Below the pieces are notes generated by a model, which saw only the letters and a program-made list of their open reading frames with translations, had not been told where the DNA came from and searched no databases. Below, piece after piece: positions 29,153-39,045 of a DNA stretch of 64,000 bases. Position 1 is the first letter of the stretch. Each line of letters begins with the position of its first letter. Position numbers and translations under genes: made by a program. Source of the DNA: Eubacteriales bacterium (GTDB taxonomy: Bacteria; Bacillota; Clostridia; Oscillospirales; CAG-272). The stretch is taken from the NCBI GenBank assembly GCA_045658965.1, contig JAZOVZ010000050.1, positions 1,824 to 65,823 of the forward strand. The letters run 5' to 3'.

Positions 29153-29551
29153 ATGGCAAAAGTTGCTGCAAAGAAGGTTGTCAAGAGACGCCGCGAGAAA
29201 AAGAATATCGAAAAAGGCGTTGTTCATATTCAGGCAACCTTTAATAACACTATCGTAACCATCACCGACGTCAACGGTAATGCCATTTCCTGGGCATCCG
29301 CAGGCGAACTCGGTTTCAAGGGTTCCAGAAAGTCCACCCCCTTCGCAGCTCAGTCCGCTTCTGAGACCGCAGCTAAGGCAGCGATCGATCAGGGTCTGAA
29401 GAGCGTTGAGGTGTATGTTAAGGGCCCCGGTTCGGGACGTGAATCCGCAATCCGTGCACTGGAAGCAGTTGGTCTCCAGATCACTCTGATCAGAGACGTA
29501 ACTCCTATCCCCCACAACGGTTGCAGACCGCCCAAGCGCAGACGCGTTTAA
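29153..29551 (+). CDS. rpsK: 30S ribosomal protein S11
   Basis: The translation has ..[28 protein letters not shown]. Confidence 0.97.
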   Translation: MAKVAAKKVVKRRREKKNIEKGVVHIQATFNNTIVTITDVNGNAISWASAGELGFKGSRKSTPFAAQSASETAAKAAIDQGLKSVEVYVKGPGSGRESAIRALEAVGLQITLIRDVTPIPHNGCRPPKRRRV

Positions 29552-29575
29552 TTTTTCACAGGAGGTAACGCAATT

Positions 29576-30196
29576 ATGGCAAGATATACAGGTCCTGCAT
29601 GTAAGCTGTGCCGCAGAGAGGGCAAGAAGCTTTATCTGAAGGGTGACCGCTGCCTTTCCGGCAAGTGCGCTCTGGATCGTAGAGCAACCGCTCCCGGTCA
29701 GCATGGTGCAGCAAAGAAGAAGATGAGAGAGTACGGTCTGCAGCTCCGCGAAAAGCAGACAACCAAGAGATACTACGGTGTTCTTGAGAAGCAGTTCAAG
29801 AACTACTATGATGAGGCAGCTCGCAAGGAAGGTATGACCGGCGAGAACCTGCTGCTTCTGCTTGAAAGAAGACTGGACAACGTTGTTTACAGACTGGGCT
29901 TCGCTGAGTCTCGTAGAGACGCTCGTCAGCTCGTTCTGCACGCACACTTCACCGTAAACGGCAAGAAGGTTAACATTCCTTCTCTGATCGTTAAGGCAGG
30001 CGACGTGATCGCTGTGAAGGAAGCAAGCCGTTCTTCTGACAAGTTCAAGGCTATGACTGAGAAGAACGTTATCGTTCCCAAGTGGCTGGAAGTTGACACC
30101 GCTAACCTGTCCGGTAAGGTTGCTACTCTGCCCGCAAGAGAAGATATCGACTTCGATTTCAACGAGCAGCTGATCGTCGAGCTCTATTCCAAGTAA
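29576..30196 (+). CDS. rpsD: 30S ribosomal protein S4
   Basis: The translation reads [26 protein letters not shown]... Confidence 0.97.
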   Translation: MARYTGPACKLCRREGKKLYLKGDRCLSGKCALDRRATAPGQHGAAKKKMREYGLQLREKQTTKRYYGVLEKQFKNYYDEAARKEGMTGENLLLLLERRLDNVVYRLGFAESRRDARQLVLHAHFTVNGKKVNIPSLIVKAGDVIAVKEASRSSDKFKAMTEKNVIVPKWLEVDTANLSGKVATLPAREDIDFDFNEQLIVELYSK

Positions 30197-30309
30197 TACT
30201 GTCGTTGTTTGCGCAGACGCACGGTATTTGGTGTTTTGCGCAAGTCAACGCGGGTATATCCGTGTAACAAGGTATACTTTCTAAAATTTTTGAGGAGGAA
30301 TTATTTGGA

Positions 30310-31284
30310 ATGATCGAGATTGAAAAGCCCAATATTTTCACCGTCGACACAAGTGAAGACGGTACAAGCGGAACATTTATCGTTGAACCTTTGGAGAGAG
30401 GTTTCGGTACTACGCTGGGCAACTCCCTGCGCAGAGTACTTCTGAGCTCTCTGCCCGGTGTCGCTGTTACGAACATTAAGATCGACGGCGCACAGCACGA
30501 GTTCGGAACCATTAAGGGCGTAAAAGAAGATATTACGGAGATCGTTCTCAATGTCAAGGGCATTACCGCAAAGCTGTATTGCTCCGGTCCCAAGACTGTA
30601 ATCATTGACGTAACCGGTGAGCACACCGTTACCGCAGGTGATATCAAGCAGGATTCCGACATTGAAATTCTGAACCCCGAGCATCATCTGGCAACTGTTG
30701 CAGCCAACGAGAGATTCTACATGGAGCTCACGTTTGGTAAGGGCAGAGGCTACGTATCTCAGGAGCGCAACAAGCAGCTGCACAACGAGCAGCTGGGTAT
30801 GAATACCTCTGCGCCCCTCGGAACCATTTACACCGATTCCATCTACACCCCCGTTTACCAGGTAAGTTATGAGACCGAGAGCACCAGAGTTGGTAACAAC
30901 ACCGACTTTGATAAGCTGACTCTTAACGTTCTGACCAACGGTACCATCTCCGCCAAGGAAGCGATTTCGCTCGGCGCCAAGATTCTCAACGAGCATCTCA
31001 ACCTGTTTGTGGATTTGTCTGATGAAGCAAAGAAGGCAGAGATTATGGTCGAAAGAGAAGAGACCAAGAAGGAAAAAGTCCTTGAGATGACCATTGAGGA
31101 GCTTGACATGTCTGTACGTAGCTTCAACTGCTTGAAGCGCGCAGGCATTGATACTGTTGAAGATTTGACCAACCGTACTGAGGAAGAGATGATCAGAGTC
31201 CGTAACCTCGGTAAGAAATCGCTTGAAGAAGTTATCCAGAAGCTGCACTCCCTGGGGCTTGATCTCAAGAGAGAAGAAGAATAA
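30310..31284 (+). CDS. rpoA: DNA-directed RNA polymerase subunit alpha
   Basis: The translation has MIEIEKPNI...[25 protein letters not shown] and the C-terminal domain segment ..[16 protein letters not shown]. Confidence 0.97.
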   Translation: MIEIEKPNIFTVDTSEDGTSGTFIVEPLERGFGTTLGNSLRRVLLSSLPGVAVTNIKIDGAQHEFGTIKGVKEDITEIVLNVKGITAKLYCSGPKTVIIDVTGEHTVTAGDIKQDSDIEILNPEHHLATVAANERFYMELTFGKGRGYVSQERNKQLHNEQLGMNTSAPLGTIYTDSIYTPVYQVSYETESTRVGNNTDFDKLTLNVLTNGTISAKEAISLGAKILNEHLNLFVDLSDEAKKAEIMVEREETKKEKVLEMTIEELDMSVRSFNCLKRAGIDTVEDLTNRTEEEMIRVRNLGKKSLEEVIQKLHSLGLDLKREEE

Positions 31285-31335
31285 GCCAAAAGCAGCAATT
31301 TAAGTAAAGTAGTTAGCATAAGGAGGGATAAGGCA

Positions 31336-31683
31336 ATGCCCGCATCCAGAAAACTCGGCAGAACGACCGATCATAGAAAAGCTATGCTTCGCGGTATGGT
31401 CACCCTGCTGCTCGAGAACGGCCAGGTCGAGACCACTCTCGCAAGAGCGAAGGAAGTCCGTTCCGTTGCAGAAAAGATGATCACACTGGGAAAGAAGAAT
31501 ACCCTTGCAAGCCGTCGTGCGGCTCTGGCATACATTACCAAGGAGGACGTTGTAACCAAGCTGTTCAGCGAAATCGCTCCTGCGTATGCAGATCGTAACG
31601 GTGGTTACACCAGAATTCTGAAGACCGGCCCTCGCCGCGGTGACGCAGCAGAGATGGCGATCATCACCCTGATTAAGGACTAA
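31336..31683 (+). CDS. rplQ: 50S ribosomal protein L17
   Basis: The translation has ..[20 protein letters not shown]. Confidence 0.96.
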   Translation: MPASRKLGRTTDHRKAMLRGMVTLLLENGQVETTLARAKEVRSVAEKMITLGKKNTLASRRAALAYITKEDVVTKLFSEIAPAYADRNGGYTRILKTGPRRGDAAEMAIITLIKD

Positions 31684-31705
31684 TTCAGGATCTATCAAAA
31701 AACAC

Positions 31706-31736
31706 ACGGGGCGGTCTATAACCGCCCCGTATTTTC
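31706..31736 (+). terminator. rho-independent terminator ending the alpha operon
   Basis: A 10-bp stem acggggcggt/accgccccgt is followed by attttc. Confidence 0.8.
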
Positions 31737-31771
31737 GGGAAAAAACAATTTATAATTTGGAGAATAAGACA

Positions 31772-33157
31772 ATGTATGATATAGCCATTATCGGTGGCGG
31801 TATTGGTGGCTTGATGGCTGCATACCGTGCCATAGTCAACAACCCTGCGCTGAAGATCGTGATTCTTGAAAAGGGCTTGTCGCTTGCAAAGCGTCATTGT
31901 CCTGCAGGTAAGAACCAGAAGTGCATTCACTGTAAGGTGTGCAGCATCACCAGTGGGTATGCAGGAGCAGGCGCATTTTCGGACGGCAAATTCAACCTTG
32001 GTACAGCATACGGCGGCACTATGGGTGAAGAGCTGGGCGAAGACCTTGCCATGTACTATATCAACCAGGTAGACAGCATTTTGGAGCAGTTTGCCGACGA
32101 TTATCCGCCCATGTATCACTCCAACGAGGAGCTCAAGCTCAAGTGTCTGCAGAACAATCTGCGTCTGCTTGATATGAACGTGCGCCATTTGGGTACGGAT
32201 AAGAATTTTGATACCATGCAGAGTCTGATCGACGCGCTGGAAGAGAACGGCGTAGAGATGAGAGACCTGACAGAGGTACTTGAGATCGAAAAGCTGGACG
32301 GCTGCTATGCCGTTTCACATAGAAGAGGAAAGGGCGACGCAGAGACGCTGCAGACCTCCAAGATCGTGATTTCCACGGGTAGAAGCGGCTCGGATTTTGT
32401 CATCCGCACCTGTAAGAAGTTTGATATTCGCATGGACGCAAACTCGGTGGATATTGGCGTGCGCGTGGAGATGAAGGATATCATCTGGCGCGAATTTTCG
32501 TCGCAGATCTACGAGCCGAAGATCTTGTATCGCACCAAGACGTTTGAGGACAGAACCAGAATGTTCTGCTTCAACCAGGGCGGACTTGTATCGGCAGAGA
32601 ACAACCACGGCGTGATTACCGCGAACGGTCACTCGTTTGCGCAGCCCGAGAAGAAGACCGAGAACTGCAACTTTGCAATTCTTTCGTCCATTCACTTTGA
32701 CGGTGACTTCCAGAAGCCTACCGAGTATGCCGAGAACATTGCAAGAAACACCAATTTTGCTGCCGAGGGCAACATTATGGTGCAGAGATTCGGTGACCTC
32801 ATCAGAGGCAGAAGAACCAACGCGCACAGACTGTCGCAGAGCACGGTCAGACCGACTTTGCAGGCATTCCCCGGTGACCTCAGCGTGGTGCTGCCTTACC
32901 GTGCGCTGACCAACATTATCGAGACCATTTATGCGCTTGATAAGGTTGCACCCGGCTGTGCCAACGACGACACGCTGCTGTACGGCTGTGAGAATAAGTA
33001 CTATTCGATAAAGCCCAAGCACAACGAGAACTTTGAGATCATGGACGGCGTGTACCTGATCGGTGACGGCAGCGGTATCACCAGAGGCCTGTCGCAGAGC
33101 GGCGCAATGGGTATCTTTGTCGCTGATAAGATCACGGGCAGAGAGGTCAACGCGTAA
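31772..33157 (+). CDS. FAD-dependent oxidoreductase of uncertain function (COG2509-like, from memory)
   Basis: ATG 31772 (MYDIAIIGGGIGGLMAAY) carries a GxGxxG dinucleotide fold, with the SD ggag upstream. The C-terminus reads ..GDGSGITRGLSQ. Confidence 0.7.
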   Translation: MYDIAIIGGGIGGLMAAYRAIVNNPALKIVILEKGLSLAKRHCPAGKNQKCIHCKVCSITSGYAGAGAFSDGKFNLGTAYGGTMGEELGEDLAMYYINQVDSILEQFADDYPPMYHSNEELKLKCLQNNLRLLDMNVRHLGTDKNFDTMQSLIDALEENGVEMRDLTEVLEIEKLDGCYAVSHRRGKGDAETLQTSKIVISTGRSGSDFVIRTCKKFDIRMDANSVDIGVRVEMKDIIWREFSSQIYEPKILYRTKTFEDRTRMFCFNQGGLVSAENNHGVITANGHSFAQPEKKTENCNFAILSSIHFDGDFQKPTEYAENIARNTNFAAEGNIMVQRFGDLIRGRRTNAHRLSQSTVRPTLQAFPGDLSVVLPYRALTNIIETIYALDKVAPGCANDDTLLYGCENKYYSIKPKHNENFEIMDGVYLIGDGSGITRGLSQSGAMGIFVADKITGREVNA

Positions 33158-33185
33158 AGCGGACAACCGCCACCACACGGACGAC

Positions 33186-33606
33186 AACTCATGAAAAGTT
33201 TTCGCCCGCCTTTTTCAAAAGGCGGCGGGCTCCAAGGGCAGAGCCCTTGGTCGCCTCCGCAGAGGCGAAACTCCCCCAAAGACGCCGTTTTTGGTTCTTT
33301 TTGCGGCAATTTTGCCAAAAAGAACGGAAACGATTTTCTCACATAATATCAAAACAGCCGTAGGGCGGGGGCTTGCTCCCGCAGCATAAAACAAAAAGGG
33401 AGTTACCTTGATAGGTAGCTCCCTTATTTTTATACATTGAGATAATTTCCTCCGTTCTTTTTGACACCGCTGGCGCAAAGAAGAACATATTTGCTTCGCA
33501 AATCAAACGGCGATAAAGAGTTTCGCCTCTGCGGAGGCGACGAGGGCTGCGCGCCCTCGACTGCGCCGCCTTTTGAAAAAGGCGGGCGAAAACTTTCAAG
33601 AGTGGG
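33186..33606. repeat. MITE-like non-coding element, copy 1 (about 85-bp terminal inverted repeats, conserved core with bidirectional terminator)
   Basis: The left arm ..gaaaagttttcgcccgcctttttcaaaaggcggcg..tcgcctccgcagaggcgaaactc is the reverse complement of the right arm (33520-33600). The core at 33357-33445 recurs at 39088-39175. The core hairpin lies at 33396-33425. Confidence 0.75.
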
Positions 33607-33619
33607 TCGTGCGTGCTCG

Positions 33620-35209
33620 TTACAGCAATGCCGTCATCTGCGGTACCAGCAGGTAGATGACGATCAGGAAATAGACCAGCAAGGTCAGCGTGTCTACGAT
33701 TGTCGTAATAAACGGCGATGCCATGACCGACGGGTCAAGCTTGATCACCTTTGCACCGATCGGCAAGATCGCGCCGATCAGCTTTGCCAGCACGATTGCC
33801 ACAAATACGGTCGCGCTGACCGCCGCCGCGATCATGAGATACTGTGGCTCGGTGTTGAATTTGCAGTCATATGCCCAGGTCTTGATAAAGCACGCGGCAA
33901 ATACGCACGCACCGCAAAGCATGGCAATGCGGATCTCTTTCCAAACCACGCGTAAAATGTCCTTGGGCTCAATTTCACCCAGCGAGAGCGCACGAATGAC
34001 CGTAACCGACGACTGTCCGCCTGCGTTACCGCCCGTACTCATCAGCATGGGGATAAATGCCGAAAGGGAAAGCACCAGCGGGAAGTCGAGCGCATCGATC
34101 TTGCCCTCCAACATGGTAATGATGGTGCCCGTAAAGGTTGCGGTCAGCATCAGTAAGAGCAGCCACGGGATGCGCTTTTTGAAGTTCTCCCATACGCTTG
34201 TACGCATATAGGGCTTGTCGGTCGGCAAAATTGCCGCCATTTTTTCAATGTCCTCGGTGGTCTCTTCTTCGATGACGTCCAGAGCGTCGTCGACGGTAAC
34301 GATACCCACAAGGCGGGATTCACGGTCCACGATGGGCAGGGAAAGCAGGTTGTACTTTGCAATGATGTCGGCAACCGTTTCCTGGTCGTCGAGCGTGTTT
34401 GCGTAAATGATATTGGGCTCCATGATGTCACCGATCAGCTCGTCACGTGCCGAGAAAAGCAGATCCTTGAAGGATACGATACCCTCCAGAATACGGCTGT
34501 CGTCAATGACGTAGGCGGTGTACACGGTTTCCTTGTCAATACCGGTCTGTCTGATGTGCTTGATTGCTTCCGAAACCGTCATAGTCTTGCGCAGATCCAC
34601 AAATTCGCTGGTCATGACGCTGCCCGCGCTGTCCTCGGGGTAGGCGAGCAGGCGATTGATCTGTGCACGCGTTTCGGGCGTGGTGTTTTTCTTGATGCGG
34701 CGCACGATGTTGGCGGGCATCTCGGTCAGCATGTCTACCGCGTCGTCAAGGAACAGGTCTTCGACGATGACAGCGATCTCTCGGTCGGTCATGGCAGAGA
34801 TGATGCGCTCCTGTAAGGGCGCGTCAAGCTCGGCAAAAACCTCTGCCGCGCTGTCCTTTTTCAAGAGACGGAATACGGCGGGAATACGCTTGGGGGGCAG
34901 ATTTTCAAAGAAATCCGCCGCGTCGATGGGGTTGAGCTTTTCCAGCTCGCGCACGAAATCGGCGTATTTTTTGTTGTCAAGCAGATCCTCCAGGCTCTCG
35001 AAGGTGTCCTCCATGATCTCCTCATAGGAGTCGGGCATTTCGTCCTCGGCAAGTGCCTGCTCGTCCTGCTCAACCTCGCGCTCCTGTTCCTCCTCCTCGC
35101 GTTCAAACTGCTCGTCCAGCTCGCGCTCGGCTCTCTCTTGCTCGTCCTCGTCATGACTTAATCGTGGGGCGGGTGTCTTTAATTGATCGTCTTCGTTTGT
35201 TTGCTGCAT
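33620..35209 (-). CDS. mgtE: magnesium transporter MgtE with an acidic N-terminal extension (start uncertain: 35254, 35209 or 35038)
   Basis: The product has an MgtE N-domain (..LNPIDAADFFENLP), tandem CBS domains and a C-terminal TM domain (..GNAGGQSS..). The first codons of the tracked ORF (TTG at 35344) coincide with a TTGACA/TATAAT promoter. Confidence 0.88.
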   Translation of the reverse strand: MQQTNEDDQLKTPAPRLSHDEDEQERAERELDEQFEREEEEQEREVEQDEQALAEDEMPDSYEEIMEDTFESLEDLLDNKKYADFVRELEKLNPIDAADFFENLPPKRIPAVFRLLKKDSAAEVFAELDAPLQERIISAMTDREIAVIVEDLFLDDAVDMLTEMPANIVRRIKKNTTPETRAQINRLLAYPEDSAGSVMTSEFVDLRKTMTVSEAIKHIRQTGIDKETVYTAYVIDDSRILEGIVSFKDLLFSARDELIGDIMEPNIIYANTLDDQETVADIIAKYNLLSLPIVDRESRLVGIVTVDDALDVIEEETTEDIEKMAAILPTDKPYMRTSVWENFKKRIPWLLLLMLTATFTGTIITMLEGKIDALDFPLVLSLSAFIPMLMSTGGNAGGQSSVTVIRALSLGEIEPKDILRVVWKEIRIAMLCGACVFAACFIKTWAYDCKFNTEPQYLMIAAAVSATVFVAIVLAKLIGAILPIGAKVIKLDPSVMASPFITTIVDTLTLLVYFLIVIYLLVPQMTALL

Positions 35210-35314
35210 CAGCTCCTCGTCGAGCTTTTCGTTTTCTTCGCGCAAGAGATTCACCCCACTTTCGGTTTTTTCAACTATAGTATGGGGCAAGGCAGCCCCT
35301 AAAATACCATTTTC

Positions 35315-35344
35315 ATTATACACCCGCTGTGCGTATTTTGTCAA
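35315..35344 (-). promoter_or_regulatory. sigma-A-type promoter for mgtE
   Basis: On the minus strand: TTGACA (35344-35339), a 18-nt spacer, then TATAAT (35320-35315). Confidence 0.7.
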
Positions 35345-35360
35345 CGGTTATTTTGTGAAC

Positions 35361-35394
35361 AAAAAAGGGAACTGCATCGATTTGATGCAGTTCC
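35361..35394 (-). terminator. rho-independent terminator after the lipoprotein gene
   Basis: The stem ggaactgcatc/gatgcagttcc is followed by cttttttg on the minus strand. Confidence 0.8.
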
Positions 35395-35406
35395 GTCATA
35401 TAAACG

Positions 35407-36792
35407 TCAATCAAACGTCACGGTCGTGCTGCCGGTATAGTTGAGCGTTGCGGTCTGATTAAAACCGGTCTGTACCGTGCCGCTTGCGCGGTAACCGTGC
35501 TCGATTGCGGTGATCTTGCCTCCCTCAACCTTGATCTTTACGGTATGAGAGCCGGAAGAGAACTTGGCACCGGCGCTTGTGATGATCTGACCAAGGGCGG
35601 AGTCCTTGGAAACGTCCATGGTGATCTCAAATCCTTCCTCGGTCGATTTGATATCTGTCACGTAATTTTTGTTATATCCCATGAGCGGATCGTTGATCAA
35701 ATCAGCAATAAATTTTTCCGCGTCATCCTCGGACATCTTGGTGGTGTACGTTTTATCATCACCGTATTGAATCGTTTTTTCTCCGTTTGCGTAGGAGATG
35801 TGCTGTGAATCGTCCTTCTTTGTCACTTCCGTTTCAAAGGTGAATCCTTGCTCATTACGGGAAAACGTCACCTTGTTGGTTTCGGATTCCTTGTTGGATT
35901 GCGACATAAAGCTGGCACTTGCACGGGTCTCTGTGGTAAAGCTGCCTTCCTTGGCATCAATACGGTCGTCGATCAACTCTTCCACCTCCTTAAGCAGGGC
36001 AAGGCTTTCTATTTCCTTATAGCCGTCGGAGGAAAGATTCTTGGTCTTGCGTTCAACCTCATCGAATTGGGAGAAGGTCATGGTCATGGAAAACTCAGGC
36101 TTGTAATACGAGCTCTTGTTTTCCTCAAATATCATTTCAAAGGTGAAGGTTTTGGGATAATAGTCCGCATCAGTTGTGATTGTGATCTTGAGATCCTCCG
36201 GCATTTTTCCGAACATATCCTCATCCAAGTCCATCTTTTCAAAGAAATCCTCGATAGCATCCGTGGAATAGTCCGAATAGTTTACGGTATAACCGTCCTC
36301 GGTCTTTTCAAACTGACGGCTCTTGCAATCATCCGTTTCTAATTCAAACAAGCTGTCATCAGAAATGTAATTGAGGTATTCTTTCTTGGTCATGGGGCTG
36401 CACAGCTTGCGCCATGTGCTGCCTTCGGAGTAATAACTGTAGGCATAGCCATCGTAATAAGCTTCTGTGGTTCTGACTGTGACGTTGGCGTTATTGGTTT
36501 TGCTTCTGTTGGTCATTTCGGTATGGTAGTAATAATCATCCTTATTCTTGCCTTGATCCTCAATGGCAAAGCCCTCCAGCGTACCGGTGATCTTGGTTGT
36601 GCCGGCATAAGCGGTAATCGTTCCTTCAACGTCTATGCGGTAACCGTCAAGACTTGCAAGGCGAGCATTCATGCGGCGCACAACCTGGTTTGCCGTCATG
36701 GCGGCAGGCATGACGTTCAGCACCGTGCCGCACGAGGTCAGCATGGTTGCGAAAAACAGCAATAAACATATCCATTTCAAACTCTTTTTCAT
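35407..36792 (-). CDS. putative lipoprotein of unknown function
   Basis: ATG 36792 follows the SD taggagg. The signal peptide MKKSLKWICLLLFFATMLTSCGT has the lipobox LTSC. The protein is rich in T/E/D/Y and I recognise no catalytic motif. Confidence 0.65.
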   Translation of the reverse strand: MKKSLKWICLLLFFATMLTSCGTVLNVMPAAMTANQVVRRMNARLASLDGYRIDVEGTITAYAGTTKITGTLEGFAIEDQGKNKDDYYYHTEMTNRSKTNNANVTVRTTEAYYDGYAYSYYSEGSTWRKLCSPMTKKEYLNYISDDSLFELETDDCKSRQFEKTEDGYTVNYSDYSTDAIEDFFEKMDLDEDMFGKMPEDLKITITTDADYYPKTFTFEMIFEENKSSYYKPEFSMTMTFSQFDEVERKTKNLSSDGYKEIESLALLKEVEELIDDRIDAKEGSFTTETRASASFMSQSNKESETNKVTFSRNEQGFTFETEVTKKDDSQHISYANGEKTIQYGDDKTYTTKMSEDDAEKFIADLINDPLMGYNKNYVTDIKSTEEGFEITMDVSKDSALGQIITSAGAKFSSGSHTVKIKVEGGKITAIEHGYRASGTVQTGFNQTATLNYTGSTTVTFD

Positions 36793-36953
36793 GATGAATC
36801 CTCCTATTACGTTTTCAGTATAACATATTGAAAAATATTTGTCAAGCAGGATGCTCTTACCTATATAGACGCAAAAAAATGCCAAACAGTCCAAGGTTTT
36901 GCCAAAAAAACATTGTAAATAAACTGTGAACTTACATTACGCTGCCATTTTCA

Positions 36954-36982
36954 TTGACAATCGCGCTACGATATGGTATACT
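36954..36982 (+). promoter_or_regulatory. sigma-A-type promoter (extended -10) for the phosphofructokinase gene
   Basis: TTGACA, a 17-nt spacer, then TGgTATACT. Confidence 0.7.
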
Positions 36983-37021
36983 AAATACAACAAACCTTGC
37001 ATGAAAAGAGAGGGCACATAT

Positions 37022-38263
37022 ATGACCAAATTATACGGAAACGCGGTAGTAGGACAGTCGGGCGGACCGACGGCAGCCATCAACGCAACGCTGGCGGGCG
37101 TGATCCGCGGCGTGCTGGAAATCAACCAAAACGGTGGTGCGATCGGCACGCTGTACGGCATGCGCAACGGCATTGAGGGCTTGATGCAGGAGAGAGTGAT
37201 CGACCTGTGCGAGTTTGCCAAGGACGCGGATAAGTTAGACGCGCTGGAGCTGACCCCCGCGGCAGCACTGGGCTCTTGCCGCAAAAAGCTGCCCAAGCAC
37301 ACCGACGATCCCGAATTTTACGAAAAGCTGCTTGCTATCTTTAAGAAGTATGACATTCGTTATTTCTTTTATATCGGCGGTAACGACTCCATGGACACCG
37401 TATCCAAGCTGTCCGCGTACGTGGCGGAGTGCGGCTATGAGATGCGCGTGATGGGCGTGCCCAAAACCATTGACAACGACTTGGAGGGCACCGACCACAC
37501 CCCCGGCTTTGGCTCGGCGGCAAAGTACGTGGCAACCACCGTTTCCGAGATCATTCGTGACGCGGCTGTGTACACCACCAAGGCGGTCACCATTGTTGAG
37601 ATCATGGGCAGAGACGCTGGCTGGCTGACCACGTCTGCGGCTCTTGGCAGACTTGCAAACGGGGAAGAGCCCGATCTTGTCTACCTGCCCGAAAAGGCGT
37701 TCTGCATGGACGAATTTATTGAGAGCACCAAGAAGGCGCTGGAAAAGCACCCCAACGTGGTCGTGGCGGTTTCCGAGGGCATTCGCTTTGCCGACGGCAC
37801 TTACGTTGGCGCAGGCGCGCAGAGCGGTGTCAAGGACGTGTTCGGTCACCAGTATCTCGCAGGTACGGGCAAGGCGCTGGAGTATGCGGTGCGTGACCAA
37901 ATCGGCTGCAAGGTGCGTTCGGTTGAGCTCAACGTGTGCCAGCGTTGCGCGGGTCACTTGGTATCCGCTACCGATATTGCAGAGTCGGTTGCCATCGGTC
38001 GCGCGGCTGCATTGGCTGCAGAGCAGGGCGAGAGCGGCAAGATGATGCTGTATAAGAGAATTTCCAACCAGCCCTACGCATACGAGATCGGCTGTGCGGA
38101 CGTGCACGAGATCGCAAACAAGATCAAGCGCGTGCCCGATGCGTATATCAACGCAGAGCATAACGGCATTACCGATGCATGCCTGGCATATCTGCGTCCT
38201 CTGATTGAGGGCGAAAGATATCCCAAGTACGCAAACGGCTTGCCCGAGCAGATCATTCTGTAA
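37022..38263 (+). CDS. phosphofructokinase-family enzyme, probably pyrophosphate-dependent
   Basis: The translation has ..VGQSGGPTAAINA.., ..IGGNDSMDT.., ..GVPKTIDNDL.. and ..MGRDAGWL... The Asp after GG(N/D) and the Lys in PKTIDND match the residues reported to mark PPi- rather than ATP-dependence. Confidence 0.8.
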   Translation: MTKLYGNAVVGQSGGPTAAINATLAGVIRGVLEINQNGGAIGTLYGMRNGIEGLMQERVIDLCEFAKDADKLDALELTPAAALGSCRKKLPKHTDDPEFYEKLLAIFKKYDIRYFFYIGGNDSMDTVSKLSAYVAECGYEMRVMGVPKTIDNDLEGTDHTPGFGSAAKYVATTVSEIIRDAAVYTTKAVTIVEIMGRDAGWLTTSAALGRLANGEEPDLVYLPEKAFCMDEFIESTKKALEKHPNVVVAVSEGIRFADGTYVGAGAQSGVKDVFGHQYLAGTGKALEYAVRDQIGCKVRSVELNVCQRCAGHLVSATDIAESVAIGRAAALAAEQGESGKMMLYKRISNQPYAYEIGCADVHEIANKIKRVPDAYINAEHNGITDACLAYLRPLIEGERYPKYANGLPEQIIL

Positions 38264-38273
38264 GAGGTGCGGC

Positions 38274-39032
38274 ATGAGAATAGCAGTTATCACAGGCGCA
38301 TCGTCCGGTATGGGCAAGGAGTTTGTGCTGCAGCTGGATGCGCAGAACGAGTTTGACGAGCTTTGGCTGATCGCCAGAAGAGAGGACAGACTCTTGGAGA
38401 TCGGCAAGCAGACGCGTGCCAAGGTCAGAGCCATTGCGCTGGATCTGTGCAAGAGAGAAGCGTTGGATGCGTATCGCGATCTGTTGATCGAGCATAAGCC
38501 CGACGTGGCGGTGCTGGTCAACGGCAGCGGCTTTGGCAGATTCGGTGCATTTACCGATATTGACCTTGCCGAGCAGGAGCAGATGATCACGCTCAATGCA
38601 AGTGCACTGATGAGCATGACGTATCTGACGCTGCCCTATATGAGTAAGGGCGGTCAGATCTATCAGATCGACAGCCAGTCGGCATTCCAACCCGTGCCCT
38701 ATATCGGCGTGTACGGTGCGACAAAGGCGTTTGTGCTCAGCTTTTCGCGCTCTCTGAACGTGGAGCTGAAGGGCAGGGGCATTCGCGTCATGGCGATCTG
38801 TCCCGGCTGGGTCAAGACCGAGTTCTTTGACAGAGCGGTGACCGACGATACCATCAAATATTACGCGAGATATTACACGGCAGAGCAGGTGGTCACGCGC
38901 GCGATCAAGGACATGAAGCGCGGACGCGACGTTTCCGTTTGCGGGCACGCGATCAGACGCGCAAGATTCCTTGCATGGATCCTGCCCACCAAGATGGTCA
39001 TGAAGATCTGGTGTAATCAGCAGAAGCTGTGA
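38274..39032 (+). CDS. short-chain dehydrogenase/reductase (SDR) family oxidoreductase
   Basis: The N-terminus MRIAVITGASSGMGKEF has the TGxxxGxG motif. The catalytic YGATK (YxxxK) is present. Confidence 0.85.
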   Translation: MRIAVITGASSGMGKEFVLQLDAQNEFDELWLIARREDRLLEIGKQTRAKVRAIALDLCKREALDAYRDLLIEHKPDVAVLVNGSGFGRFGAFTDIDLAEQEQMITLNASALMSMTYLTLPYMSKGGQIYQIDSQSAFQPVPYIGVYGATKAFVLSFSRSLNVELKGRGIRVMAICPGWVKTEFFDRAVTDDTIKYYARYYTAEQVVTRAIKDMKRGRDVSVCGHAIRRARFLAWILPTKMVMKIWCNQQKL

Positions 39033-39045
39033 GCGCGGACAAGCC

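Noticed and set aside
33339-33440. A small ORF with a good SD inside the repeat core on the minus strand: ggaggaaattatctcaATG followed by 32 codons (MYKNKGATYQGNSLFVLCCGSKPPPYGCFDIM).
   Set aside because: In the second copy (39046-39326) the same ATG is followed directly by TAA, and the downstream sequence differs in ways that preserve a hairpin rather than a reading frame. The other tracked ORFs across both repeat copies (33001-33342, 33215-33478, 33461-33955, 39066-39311, 39131-39367) are likewise artefacts.
35210-35406. An M-box (Mg2+) riboswitch upstream of mgtE.
   Set aside because: The space is occupied by the upstream gene's terminator (35361-35394) and a promoter (35315-35344). The remaining leader is too short, and I do not see the multi-helix M-box architecture.
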